From: Pachysolen tannophilus NRRL Y-2460
Lineage: Eukaryota
Length of the DNA stretch: 64,000 nt
Reading direction: 5' to 3'
NCBI GenBank assembly: GCA_001661245.1
Contig: KV454013.1
Location: 1,582,502-1,646,501 of the forward strand
The translations under genes and the position numbers were made by a program. The notes under the pieces are model-generated. The model searched no databases, was not told the DNA's origin, and saw only the letters and a list, made by a program, of their open reading frames with translations. This document shows positions 30,227-40,911 of this stretch, one piece after another. Within the stretch, counting starts at the first letter, position 1, and each line of letters begins with the position of its first letter.

Positions 30227-32530
30227 TTACATAAGGGTAAAAGTCGAATTAAATGTGGTTTGGATACTAAGCTTGGTAATTTTGATTATACTGAAGTGGA
30301 TGGAATTGATGAGGAATATTTTGAAAAATATAAAAATGATGAATTTAGTGAACGATTAATTCAGTTTCTTTATGTCAGGGCTTTTAATTTAATTCTAGCA
30401 TTTAAAGTTCTTATTTTTTCTCTGAACGTTGACGATATAAGAAATCCAATCAGTGTGAAAAGGTTAAAACTCTGTAAAGCATGGAGGCAATATGTTTTAG
30501 CATACATGAATTTTTCAGAGAACCACTTGAGTCGATCAATCATAATTTTAATGTTTAATATGTCAAAGTTAAGAAATGGAAGAGAATTATTGATTGAAAG
30601 AGCTAAAGAACCTGATGTTCAGTTTATTGCAAAAGATTTAATAAAGGATATTGAGGAATATACTTCAAGAATTGAATACTTTGATCAACAAGTTTCAAAA
30701 TTTAAATTTCAATTGTCAAATAATATGCTTTATTTTAACAAACAAAAAGAAAATTTCAAATGGGCCTCTGGTTTAAACTATGATTTGGAAAAAGATTTGA
30801 ATTCATTTGAACAATTATATTCAAAGAGAATTATTAGGGATCAGCTTATAGTTGATTATCATCTTTTACCAGTTTTCTGTCCGGATCTACAAAATTGGCG
30901 TAAGTATCTTTTAATTAATGAAATTGATGAAGCCTTAATTAAACAGGAAAACAATTCGTTATCTTTTGCCAAGACAGGGATTTCTCTGGGACATTCCAGA
31001 AGAATTCGGAAAAGATTTCTTAAACATAGTATTCATCGAAGCATTGATCCAGGACCAGATGAACACAAGAATCACTATAAAAGACTTTGTTCAGTTTTCC
31101 CTCAGTATAAAAATCATTCAAGAACAATTGCTGCACTTAGAAAGGAGGCGGTAGAGAATCACTCAGTAAATGGTTTACGATTATTTTACCTTCAATTATT
31201 TGCTCAAGTTATTCTTTGTTTTGATCCAGAATTAAAAGATCTGGATATCAGTATTTTAAAATTGGATCCATTTGATTTTAGGAAAGCTACAATGTGTATG
31301 TTATCACTTCTGGAGAAGGCAGGGCTCGAATTTCCAGTAAACTCAAAATTACAAATAAAAAAATTGGAGCATAAGCTGCTGAGAATGGACGTTGAAGAAG
31401 TTTTAGAAAATAAAGGAAACATATTAGATGATATTCTTTGTTGTTTTGAAAAAGCTATAACTTTTTCTATAAACCGAAGTTTAGATTACTATATAACATT
31501 ACATACTAAGATCAGTGCTGCTGATTTTGAAAGTTACCATTTTTGCAGATATCATGCAATTTCAGAGAATGATCATATTTTAATTGAAGGTCATTTTTCA
31601 TTGTTACTCGAGTTTCTTACAAGACAGGTAATTGACAAAGTTGTACTAAAAGATGAAGTCACTTTCTCACTTTGGTTAGTTGCTACTTTCTTAACTTCGG
31701 AATCCTATAATGATGCAAGCATAATTAGTTCAAATTTCCAAATAATAGAAATATTACAAATATTTAGGCTGCATTGTATCAGTATAATGACAAGAGTGAG
31801 TGCAGTTGTAGCTTCTAGCTCAATAATGTATTTGCTTTCCAGTTATTATAGGGGTATTCATTTAAAGATACCGCACGATATTGATGTTACAATTAAAGAC
31901 GAGAATCTTAGCCTTTATCAAATTATTGATGCAGAAAAGCTTTCCAAGAAACTTTGTGAAAATTATGATGATATAAGTTCTTTTAACTTTGTTCAAAATC
32001 GAATAGCTATTTTGACACTTATTAAACTTCATTTTACAGATCAGATAATTGAAAAATTTGACAAATTATTTGAGATAAAAAATACTAAATCCAAATCTTC
32101 TTATTCGAATTCTATGTTTATTAGAAAAATAATTGAATTCAACTTTGAAAATGATGAGAATAGGAAAACTTTAGAAAATTTGGTAGATTTAGCAATACTG
32201 AAGAAATATATTTCTGGTAATGCAAAAGGAAAATCTGGGGGTAAAATGATGATCTCAACTAGAGATAAGGGGAAAAACATAAGAAGTGTTTTAAGGAAAC
32301 AAATTAGGTATTTCTTAATTAATTCTATTGATCCAATTAGTTTTGAGGATACACTGGACAATGGCCGGCCTATTGATTCAGGTATGAGGAAACTATATGA
32401 ATCTGAATTGAACGAAATTCTTGTTCTTTTCAAGAAATTACAGTCACTCAATTTTGAATGTTATGGCTCTAATGTATACAAGACTATACTAGCATATTTA
32501 AGGAGAGGTTCTATTGGGTACGAAAGTTAA
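29267..32530 (+). CDS. Large uncharacterised protein, possibly a divergent TCP11 (Sok1-related) family member
   Basis: 1087-aa ORF; S/P-rich N-terminus, charged helix, RLFLQCFYVL and AWRQYVLAYMNF reminiscent of fungal TCP11-domain proteins; family call tentative. Confidence 0.6.
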   Translation: MMNDFTSGDNNSSSNSSNASIPMLQHVRGGPTTSSRSSSSSTFTNISSGTKTQDLPLSPPKKIIKRLTPVNSPSKKFSYDKDAKLHEDRRKLKEQSKLARLKIHTEKVYKINENIKNEQEIRKQKVLEKSVVKETNAKLNKEKINEQRREKAKEFIEKFELKKREMGRRAFIFVFPKDQVDKVDQVDKEIEGPGTISSSPPTIGKNDSFSLSSYLDKVPPEKKKLLASNNKSLSIIAKAVKFNILNKKIDVIKSTVIFRHPLLGMTQVRTASITEFHALLNKELESAISYVFQYLGLHKSMLWNDARLFLQCFYVLWEKSLHKGKSRIKCGLDTKLGNFDYTEVDGIDEEYFEKYKNDEFSERLIQFLYVRAFNLILAFKVLIFSLNVDDIRNPISVKRLKLCKAWRQYVLAYMNFSENHLSRSIIILMFNMSKLRNGRELLIERAKEPDVQFIAKDLIKDIEEYTSRIEYFDQQVSKFKFQLSNNMLYFNKQKENFKWASGLNYDLEKDLNSFEQLYSKRIIRDQLIVDYHLLPVFCPDLQNWRKYLLINEIDEALIKQENNSLSFAKTGISLGHSRRIRKRFLKHSIHRSIDPGPDEHKNHYKRLCSVFPQYKNHSRTIAALRKEAVENHSVNGLRLFYLQLFAQVILCFDPELKDLDISILKLDPFDFRKATMCMLSLLEKAGLEFPVNSKLQIKKLEHKLLRMDVEEVLENKGNILDDILCCFEKAITFSINRSLDYYITLHTKISAADFESYHFCRYHAISENDHILIEGHFSLLLEFLTRQVIDKVVLKDEVTFSLWLVATFLTSESYNDASIISSNFQIIEILQIFRLHCISIMTRVSAVVASSSIMYLLSSYYRGIHLKIPHDIDVTIKDENLSLYQIIDAEKLSKKLCENYDDISSFNFVQNRIAILTLIKLHFTDQIIEKFDKLFEIKNTKSKSSYSNSMFIRKIIEFNFENDENRKTLENLVDLAILKKYISGNAKGKSGGKMMISTRDKGKNIRSVLRKQIRYFLINSIDPISFEDTLDNGRPIDSGMRKLYESELNEILVLFKKLQSLNFECYGSNVYKTILAYLRRGSIGYES

Positions 32531-32893
32531 ATGTATTAGTTTTATTTTTATTTTTTATTTTTTATTTTTTATTTTATATGACATATTTTCTTGTTTCATT
32601 TTCATTTTTATTAAGAACTGACTTTTCATTATATTGTAAAAATAATTGTAGCAAACCGATATTTAAGAGATAGATCTATTTTCTACTTAGAAAAATCATG
32701 AAAATAGATTAATTGTTAATATAAAAACTATAAAGAAAACGTAGACATCAAATAGCAGAGATAAAAGCCAGAAAAAAAAAAAAATAAATAAATAAAGTAA
32801 AATAGAATAAAACCCCCCAATATTTTCAAATAAAAAAAGCAGCATAAATTTGTATAACCCATTAAGTCAATATTCATTATCATCGTATCAAAA

Positions 32894-33643
32894 TCAAAGG
32901 GTAGAATTAAAACTTTCCAGAGTATTTTTCTGTAATTTCAGTAGATCCCCAACATTATTTTCATTTTTTTCCAATACCAAATCTTTTAAAATTTTGTTTT
33001 CGATTTCCAATTGTTTGATTCTATTATTGTAAGAATTGATATTATCGGATAATATTTTCAATGTTCGTTCAGTTTCTTGTTGTTTAATTTTTTTCTTATT
33101 TCTAAACCTTGCTGATGCTGCCGTATTGCGACTCTTTTTATCCGGGTCTCTATTTGAAATTGTCGAAGTCTTGAAAAAACTGTTGTAATGATTACTAGTA
33201 GTAATACCTGTAGTAGCTTTCTTAGATTTGTCATTAGCCAAAGTTCCGAATTCCAGTAGCAGAGGCAGAGGCAGAGGCATAGCCAGCGACACCGACAACA
33301 GCGACAGTCCAGTATGACGTACCACTGACCCATTTTCCAAAGTATTAGCACGGCTCCCATCACCACCAATATCAGAGTTGCGATCTAAGTAACTCATAAA
33401 TTCATCAAATGGACCATTCTCCTCATTAACAGATCCAGCCTCATTAGCAATCTCATTACTACTAATCAACTGATTCTTGGTGAGTTCAGGCAAATCCGAA
33501 CCTTTAGCAAAAACATCAAAATCAAAAAAATGGCTATCCGAAAATAATGACAAATTCACCCCTGCAGTATCAATCTCCTCTGCATCTCCAAGCAATTCTT
33601 TAGGAGAACCTGAATAATCAAGATTTAAGTTGAAAGCCGACAT
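32894..33643 (-). CDS. bZIP transcription factor of the MetR/CYS-3/Met28 type
   Basis: KKSRNTAASARFRNKKK basic region plus zipper ending IKQLEIENKILKDLVLEK; first ATG at 33643. Confidence 0.8.
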   Translation of the reverse strand: MSAFNLNLDYSGSPKELLGDAEEIDTAGVNLSLFSDSHFFDFDVFAKGSDLPELTKNQLISSNEIANEAGSVNEENGPFDEFMSYLDRNSDIGGDGSRANTLENGSVVRHTGLSLLSVSLAMPLPLPLLLEFGTLANDKSKKATTGITTSNHYNSFFKTSTISNRDPDKKSRNTAASARFRNKKKIKQQETERTLKILSDNINSYNNRIKQLEIENKILKDLVLEKNENNVGDLLKLQKNTLESFNSTL

Positions 33644-33971
33644 TACCAAAAAACCAAAATACAAACAATAAAATTCACAGCTCACAGCTCACAACAAGCA
33701 ACAAGCAACAAGCAAAAAACTAAAAACCAAAAAAAGATAAATCAAACTTTTAATTCCATAGACCTTCAATCACTCACAACCTAAAAACTTGCTACTTAAC
33801 TTCCCATTTAACTAAAGTTTCACTTTAAATATATAACTCTCTACAATAATTACTACTTTGAAAAATATTATCACTATTACTAATTCACTAAACTCGGGCG
33901 CTCTCGAAATAAAATCAAAAAAAAGATCAAAATCGCCCTGCCGCCCCCGTTTTCTAGTCTAACCTAACTAA

Positions 33972-36152
33972 CTATACAATGCTTCGGTTGCCGTTGTTGC
34001 TGTTGTTATTGTTATTGTTGTTGTTGTTGTTGTTGGTCTGATTGGTGTAGTTCTCATTTCCTTCCTCTTCTTCTTCACTATCTATTATAAATTCGGTATT
34101 GTTGTGATTATTCAAGATTTCTCCACCACTCATCTCTATGTCTTCGTTGACCCTTTCGTACCTTACGTCGCTATTTGCACCGGATATCTTGCCCCATATG
34201 CTTCCAATGAATGACGAATTGGAAGAATGCGATGTAGGATCGGGGTCTTTCTTATTTTCTTGGCTATGTTGGCCTGTTTGTTCGATTTGATCAATTTGTC
34301 CAATTTGTCCAATTTGTTCGTTTTGTTCGTTTTGTTCATTATTGTCTTCCAGTAAATCCACTTCTTCATCTTCCCAATGCACTTGCTTTTTAGCCTTCTT
34401 ATTTTTGGTCGATGCATTATTGGCTAAGATAGATGTTGGTCTCTGCTTTGCCAATGAATGGTAATATTTATAAAAATAATGTATTCCATACAATATTATA
34501 ACTACCACTGTTACTTCGAAAATATAGAAAGCAGTTGAATGAGGAGTTTTGAAATTTGAAGGTGAAGAAGTGGCTGGTGTGTTGCTATCGGAGCTTCCAT
34601 CACCATTGGAGCTAGTACTGCCGATTGTTCCATTCAGTGAATTTGATTCCACGTCTGAGTAAATTGGCGTGCTTATGCCGGTATTTTCACCATTATTATA
34701 ATCTTTAATATTCCCCGTTAATATATCAACTAATCCTCTAGATACAGCAGGTTTATCAAATGGTACCATATGCGATGCACCATAAACTGTGATATATGTT
34801 AAATTTCTTTCAGATTTAATGACTCCACTCAACAGGTCATCATAATACCAATTGATAAAATCAGTATCTCGACTAAAACCTTTCCTATCACTGCCTCCCC
34901 ATTTCATTGAAGAAATCATATTTTCTGTACCCATATGATTGCATATAATATCTCTATCACCATTGAATAATGCTATAGGAATTTTTTGTAACAAATCTGG
35001 GAGAAATTCTATTGCAGCTGGTGAATTTTTCAGTGTTAAATATCTTGAAACCAGACTGTCACATTCATTCCATTGTCTTAATTTTTTCAAATTTAAATAT
35101 TCTTTTATCTTTGGATTTCTTAAAAACCCATTGACATCATCTAATAATGGAGGCCAATTCATCCCACAAGATGGGAATGAATCTTTTAAAGAGTAATCAT
35201 ACATGTTTATGCATTGTTCATTTGAAGGAGCAGTTTCATTTTTAGTACTAACTAATAATTTTTCCAAAATCAGTGAGCATTCATATGGAGTTATTCCATT
35301 TGAAGGACCATTATTTATTAATTTTTGACATTTTTCTTGTTGTTTTAATAAATCTCCAAAAGATTCATTATCTTGTGAAATTAAACCTGCTTTTACCATG
35401 AATGGTAAATAAGAAGCAGATTGTACATCTGGTGATATCCAACCATTACCAATTAAAGCACCTTTCATATTAATTGTTGAAGTATTATTACCACTTTTAA
35501 GAATGGCTTCATTTTTTTCAAAAATAGCCTTTAAGATATATGGAATGTATTGACCAGCAAAACTTTCTCCAGCAAGGTATATCTCTTTATCAAGATCTTC
35601 AGGAAACAATTCAAAATACTTTTCCAAGAAAACAACAAAATCAGCAGAAACTTCATATAATTCTTTATCATATTTTGAAGTATATGAAAATCCGGTCCCA
35701 CCTGGTTGATCTACAAATACTAAATCCCCAATTTCCATCCAATTACCTTTATTATATTCAACATTTTGTTTAGAATTTATTCTTAAAGGTCCAAGCTCCA
35801 TTAAAGCCCCATCCATCGATGAACAACCAGGACCTCCATTAAGCCAAAAAACAGTTCTATTATGTATATCAGAGCTTAAATCCGATGACCCACCATTTCC
35901 AGTAGAATTATCATTCTTGATAAATTTCCAGAAAAAATAATTATCATCATCTTCAGGATGTATCTCAACATGACCTGCATACATTATTGGCCTTTCATTA
36001 ACAGCCAAAGAATCTAAACCGGGCAAAAATTTAACCAAATATTCATCTTTTAACTCTTTAGGTATCGGAAGTGATAATACAACCGTCACAAAAAATGGTA
36101 TTATTGAAACGACAATTGCATATCGACTCATTGACGATATAACCAACACCAT
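33972..36152 (-). CDS. KEX1: Pheromone-processing serine carboxypeptidase
   Basis: Signal peptide, WLNGGPGCSSMDG, GESFAG, DIICN, HMVPFD, single TM segment, acidic cytosolic tail; ATG at 36152 (or 36131). Confidence 0.93.
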   Translation of the reverse strand: MVLVISSMSRYAIVVSIIPFFVTVVLSLPIPKELKDEYLVKFLPGLDSLAVNERPIMYAGHVEIHPEDDDNYFFWKFIKNDNSTGNGGSSDLSSDIHNRTVFWLNGGPGCSSMDGALMELGPLRINSKQNVEYNKGNWMEIGDLVFVDQPGGTGFSYTSKYDKELYEVSADFVVFLEKYFELFPEDLDKEIYLAGESFAGQYIPYILKAIFEKNEAILKSGNNTSTINMKGALIGNGWISPDVQSASYLPFMVKAGLISQDNESFGDLLKQQEKCQKLINNGPSNGITPYECSLILEKLLVSTKNETAPSNEQCINMYDYSLKDSFPSCGMNWPPLLDDVNGFLRNPKIKEYLNLKKLRQWNECDSLVSRYLTLKNSPAAIEFLPDLLQKIPIALFNGDRDIICNHMGTENMISSMKWGGSDRKGFSRDTDFINWYYDDLLSGVIKSERNLTYITVYGASHMVPFDKPAVSRGLVDILTGNIKDYNNGENTGISTPIYSDVESNSLNGTIGSTSSNGDGSSDSNTPATSSPSNFKTPHSTAFYIFEVTVVVIILYGIHYFYKYYHSLAKQRPTSILANNASTKNKKAKKQVHWEDEEVDLLEDNNEQNEQNEQIGQIGQIDQIEQTGQHSQENKKDPDPTSHSSNSSFIGSIWGKISGANSDVRYERVNEDIEMSGGEILNNHNNTEFIIDSEEEEEGNENYTNQTNNNNNNNNNNNSNNGNRSIV

Positions 36153-37203
36153 TTGTACAATTATTTCCAAAAAATTCCTTTTTCCTTTTAACTTTTGCTT
36201 TATCTCTATATTATCGGCTAATAATAATATTATTATTCACTTTTCAGCTTTTCACTTTTTCTGTGTTTTTTTTTCTTTTTCTTGCAATTGAAGGAGCAGT
36301 ACTTTAAACCATAGGAAATGCTTATAAAAATTTATGATAAATACGATAAATACAAAAACAAAAATCTAAAAACCCTTCTTGAACCAACAAAAAAAAAAAA
36401 AAAAAAAGTTTAATTCTAAAGCAATGAAAACATATAAAATCAATACATCTACCTGATATAGATATTTTATATCTTGTATAATTAAAAATTCAATTTATAA
36501 TTAAAATAAATATACTATGAAAACAAAGGTACTATTTATTATAATTCACCTAATTTCTTAACTACGTAAGCGTTTTACTAAAAATTTCGGCTCTCAAAAA
36601 AAAAAAGTGAAAAAAAAACAAAAAAAAACGAACAAAACNNNNNNNNNNNNNNNNNNNNNNNNNNNNNNNNNNNNNNNNNNNNNNNNNNNNNNNNNNNNNN
36701 NNNNNNNNNNNNNNNNNNNNNNNNNNNNNNNNNNNNNNNNNNNNNNNNNNNNNNNNNNNNNNNNNNNNNNNNNNNNNNNNNNNNNNNNNNNNNNNNNNNN
36801 NNNNNNNNNNNNNNNNNNNNNNNNNNNNNNNNNNNNNNNNNNNNNNNNNNNNNNNNNNNNNNNNNNNNNNNNNNNNNNNNNNNNNNNNNNNNNNNNNNNN
36901 NNNNNNNNNNNNNNNNNNNNNNNNNNNNNNNNNNNNNNNNNNNNNNNNNNNNNNNNNNNNNNNNNNNNNNNNNNNNNNNNNNNNNNNNNNNNNNNNNNNN
37001 NNNNNNNNNAAAAAAAAACGAAACAAAAACCAAAAAAAAAAAAAAAAAAAAACCCGCGCACGAGACAGGAAATACCGCCTAAAAAAAGGGCGGTGCGGGT
37101 GCGGTGCGGTGCGCCCAAAAACCTACGGCGGTTGAAAGTTGCCGATCGAAGTTGCCGGTCGGTGGGTGCACTTTGGTGGAAAGAGGCCCGCGCCCGGCTA
37201 AAC

Positions 37204-39816
37204 TTACTCCTGGACGGGTTCAACATTCCATATATTTTCAGCATACTCTTGTATACATCTATCACTACTGAAGAACCCCATATTGGCTACACTAGAGATG
37301 CATTTGACGATCCATTCATCGCGATGGTTTCTGAATTCGTCATCGACCAATTTTTGAGTTTGTAAATAACTATCAAAATCATCTGTGACTAAATAGTAAT
37401 CTCCATGGATTTTAATAGAATCGATCAAAGATTTATACTCTGATGAATCACCAAAAGTGTTTGACTCAATGGCATCAAAAACTTCTTGTAAAGATGATGG
37501 TACAATATTATTTTCTAAAGAATTGAATTTATGGTTATGTCTTAATTGTTCAACATTTTCTGCCAAATTCCCAAATAAAAAGATATTTTCTTCACCAATT
37601 TCTCTAGTAATTTCAACATTTGCACCATCAACTGTGCCAATAATTAAGCCACCATTTAATACAAACTTCATGTTTGATGTACCTGAACCTTCGGTACCTG
37701 CAGTGGAAATATGCTCACTAACATCTGAGGCAGAGGTGATGATTTGCGCTTTACTAACGTTATAATCAGGAACAAATACAACTTTTAACAAGTCTCCAAT
37801 ATCTGGATCCTTGTTAATGACATCACCAACAGAATTGATCAATTTTATTATGGTCTTGGCCATATAATATCCTGGAGCAGCTTTACCACCAATAATTGAA
37901 ACTTTTGGAGTATATAATTTTACTCTTTCTTCATTATTTTTACATTTTTTCAATTGTAAATATCTATGAATAACTCCAAAAATGTTTAATTGTTGTCTCT
38001 TATATTCATGGATTCTCTTTACTTGAATATCAAATAAAGAATCTGGATTAATATCAATACCTGTTAAATTTTTAACCAATAATGATAATCTTTTCTTATT
38101 ATTTACTTTAATTTCAGCCCATCTTTTTTTAAAAGATGAATCATTAATAAAAGATTCTAATTTTTTCAATTCAGTTAAATTGGTTAAATATCCAAATCCA
38201 CCTAATTTAGATGCAATTAATTCAGATAATTCTGGGTTTGCTTCTCTTAACCATCTTCTTGGAGTAATTCCATTTGTAACATTTGTGAATTTTTCAACTC
38301 CAAATACTTTAACAAAATCTTTGAAAAGTGTAGTTCTAAGTAACTCTGAATGTAATTCTGCAACACCATTTACTCTATGTGAACCAATAATTGCTAAATT
38401 AGCCATTCTAATATTTTTAGGTGAACTTTCTTCAATAATTGAAACTTTACTTAATAAATCATTATCACCAGGAAATTTTTTTTCAACTTGTTGTAAAAAT
38501 TTTAAATTAATATCATAAATTATTTCCAAATGTCTAGGTAATAAATTTCCGAAAAGATCTAATGGCCATTTTTCCAACAGTTCTTGCATAACTGTATGAT
38601 TAGTATAACTAAAAGTTTTAATTACAATTTGCCATGCAGTATCCCAATCCAAACCTTCAATATCAACCAAGACTCTTTGTAATTCAACTACAGCAACTGT
38701 TGGATGAGTATCATTTAATTGAATAGCAACTTGATCTGGAAATTCCGACCAATTTCTCTTTGTCTTAATAAATCTTCTTATAATATCATGTAATGAAGCT
38801 GCAACCCAAAAATATTGTTGTTTTAATCTTAATTCTTTACCTTGATAAAAATTATCATTTGGATATAATACCAGAGTAATACTTTCCGCTTTTTGTTGTT
38901 CAGCAACAGAATTTTGATAATCACCTTGATTAAATTTATTAAAATCAAATTCTGTTGTTGGTTGTGCAGACCACATTCTTAAATTATTAACATTTGCTGT
39001 ATCATAACCAGGTACTGGGAAATCATAAGCTACAGCTAAAACTCTTTCTGAGCCAAACCATTGTTTTTTAGATTTACCTGTTTTTAAATCTTTTACAGTT
39101 TGAGTAAAACCATAATAATCAACAGGTATTTGAATTTCCAATCTTGGTAATTCCCATGGATTACTAAAACGTAACCAATAATCTGGGGTTTCAACTTGAT
39201 AACCATCAATTATCTTTTGTGCAAAAATCCCATATTGATAACGGACTCCATAGCCCCATCCTGCATAATTCTGCGTCGATAACGAATCCACAAAGCAAGC
39301 CGCAAGACGCCCCAAACCACCATTACCTAACCCAGCATCTGGTTCAATTTCTAATAAATCTTCTAAATTAAAACCTAATTTATTAACACCTTCTTTTGTT
39401 AAATCTTTAATATCTAAATTTATCAATGCATTATCCATTGCTCTACCCATTAAAAATTCAAATGAAAAATAATAAACTCTTTTAATATCTTTTGCTGTAT
39501 GCAATTGTTGCGTCTTATTCCAATGTAAAATTAATTTGTCCCTAACAGCACTACTTGCAGCTTGATAAGCAGCTAAATTATCACAATTATACATTGACCT
39601 TGCCAATGTCTTTTCCACATGTGATATAAAACTCAGTTGAAATTCTTCAACAGTATTAAACTCTTTTGATCCAAATTTTTTCCATAATTCCCTTGATTCA
39701 GAAGGAATAATCGAATCTATAACTTTGATCTCTGTTGATGTAAAACCCGTTAAAGTACGTTTATGAAGTCTTGGTCGTGGTAAAGACTCTGGAGACTGAG
39801 GAACTAAATCCGACAT
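37204..39816 (-). CDS. GPH1: Glycogen phosphorylase
   Basis: RTLTGF, GLGNGGLGRLAACF, QLNDTHP, TNGITPRRW, KRIHEYKRQ, EGSGTSNMKF. Confidence 0.97.
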   Translation of the reverse strand: MSDLVPQSPESLPRPRLHKRTLTGFTSTEIKVIDSIIPSESRELWKKFGSKEFNTVEEFQLSFISHVEKTLARSMYNCDNLAAYQAASSAVRDKLILHWNKTQQLHTAKDIKRVYYFSFEFLMGRAMDNALINLDIKDLTKEGVNKLGFNLEDLLEIEPDAGLGNGGLGRLAACFVDSLSTQNYAGWGYGVRYQYGIFAQKIIDGYQVETPDYWLRFSNPWELPRLEIQIPVDYYGFTQTVKDLKTGKSKKQWFGSERVLAVAYDFPVPGYDTANVNNLRMWSAQPTTEFDFNKFNQGDYQNSVAEQQKAESITLVLYPNDNFYQGKELRLKQQYFWVAASLHDIIRRFIKTKRNWSEFPDQVAIQLNDTHPTVAVVELQRVLVDIEGLDWDTAWQIVIKTFSYTNHTVMQELLEKWPLDLFGNLLPRHLEIIYDINLKFLQQVEKKFPGDNDLLSKVSIIEESSPKNIRMANLAIIGSHRVNGVAELHSELLRTTLFKDFVKVFGVEKFTNVTNGITPRRWLREANPELSELIASKLGGFGYLTNLTELKKLESFINDSSFKKRWAEIKVNNKKRLSLLVKNLTGIDINPDSLFDIQVKRIHEYKRQQLNIFGVIHRYLQLKKCKNNEERVKLYTPKVSIIGGKAAPGYYMAKTIIKLINSVGDVINKDPDIGDLLKVVFVPDYNVSKAQIITSASDVSEHISTAGTEGSGTSNMKFVLNGGLIIGTVDGANVEITREIGEENIFLFGNLAENVEQLRHNHKFNSLENNIVPSSLQEVFDAIESNTFGDSSEYKSLIDSIKIHGDYYLVTDDFDSYLQTQKLVDDEFRNHRDEWIVKCISSVANMGFFSSDRCIQEYAENIWNVEPVQE

Positions 39817-40911
39817 TCTTCTCTTTTCAATTATGATTTATATATATCTATATCTATTGATAATAGTAGCATATAATAACTTCTATAAACTATAACCTAT
39901 ATATTAAAATATATATATATATATTATATATAATATATATATATATATACAGATAGAATAATATGGGAAAGACAGAAAAAATTGTAAAGTCCTAAACCCA
40001 TTATTTATACAAATTCCCCAATTAGATAATTTCTAATGATCTGATTTTATCAGATTTACACTTAATTAATATCCGACTCCCGACGAAAAAAAAAATTGCA
40101 ACAGGAAAACCAAAAAAAAAAAGAAAAGAAAAAAATGTAATGTTTCTTATCACGGAGATATCCCCGGTGCATTAATATGAACAAAACGCACAANNNNNNN
40201 NNNNNNNNNNNNNNNNNNNNNNNNNNNNNNNNNNNNNNNNNNNNNNNNNNNNNNNNNNNNNNNNNNNNNNNNNNNNNNNNNNNNNNNNNNNNNNNNNNNN
40301 NNNNNNNNNNNNNNNNNNNNNNNNNNNNNNNNNNNNNNNNNNNNNNNNNNNNNNNNNNNNNNNNNNNNNNNNNNNNNNNNNNNNNNNNNNNNNNNNNNNN
40401 NNNNNNNNNNNNNNNNNNNNNNNNNNNNNNNNNNNNNNNNNNNNNNNNNNNNNNNNNNNNNNNNNNNNNNNNNNNNNNNNNNNNNNNNNNNNNNNNNNNN
40501 NNNNNNNNNNNNNNNNNNNNNNNNNNNNNNNNNNNNNNNNNNNNNNNNNNNNNNNNNNNNNNNNNNNNNNNNNNNNNNNNNNNNNNNNNNNNNNNNNNNN
40601 NNNNNNNNNNNNNNNNNNNNNNNNNNNNNNNNNNNNNNNNNNNNNNNNNNNNNNNNNNNNNNNNNNNNNNNNNNNNNNNNNNNNNNNNNNNNNNNNNNNN
40701 NNNNNNNNNNNNNNNNNNNNNNNNNNNNNNNNNNNNNNNNNNNNNNNNNNNNNNNNNNNNNNNNNNNNNNNNNNNNNNNNNNNNNNNNAACAAAATAATA
40801 ATATATATATATAAGATATATATTTTTTTTTTTTTTTTTTTTTTTACTTTTTTCTGACTTTTTTTGACTTTTTTTCATCTTAACTCTTTTCTTGAAAAAA
40901 ACTTTAAACTA

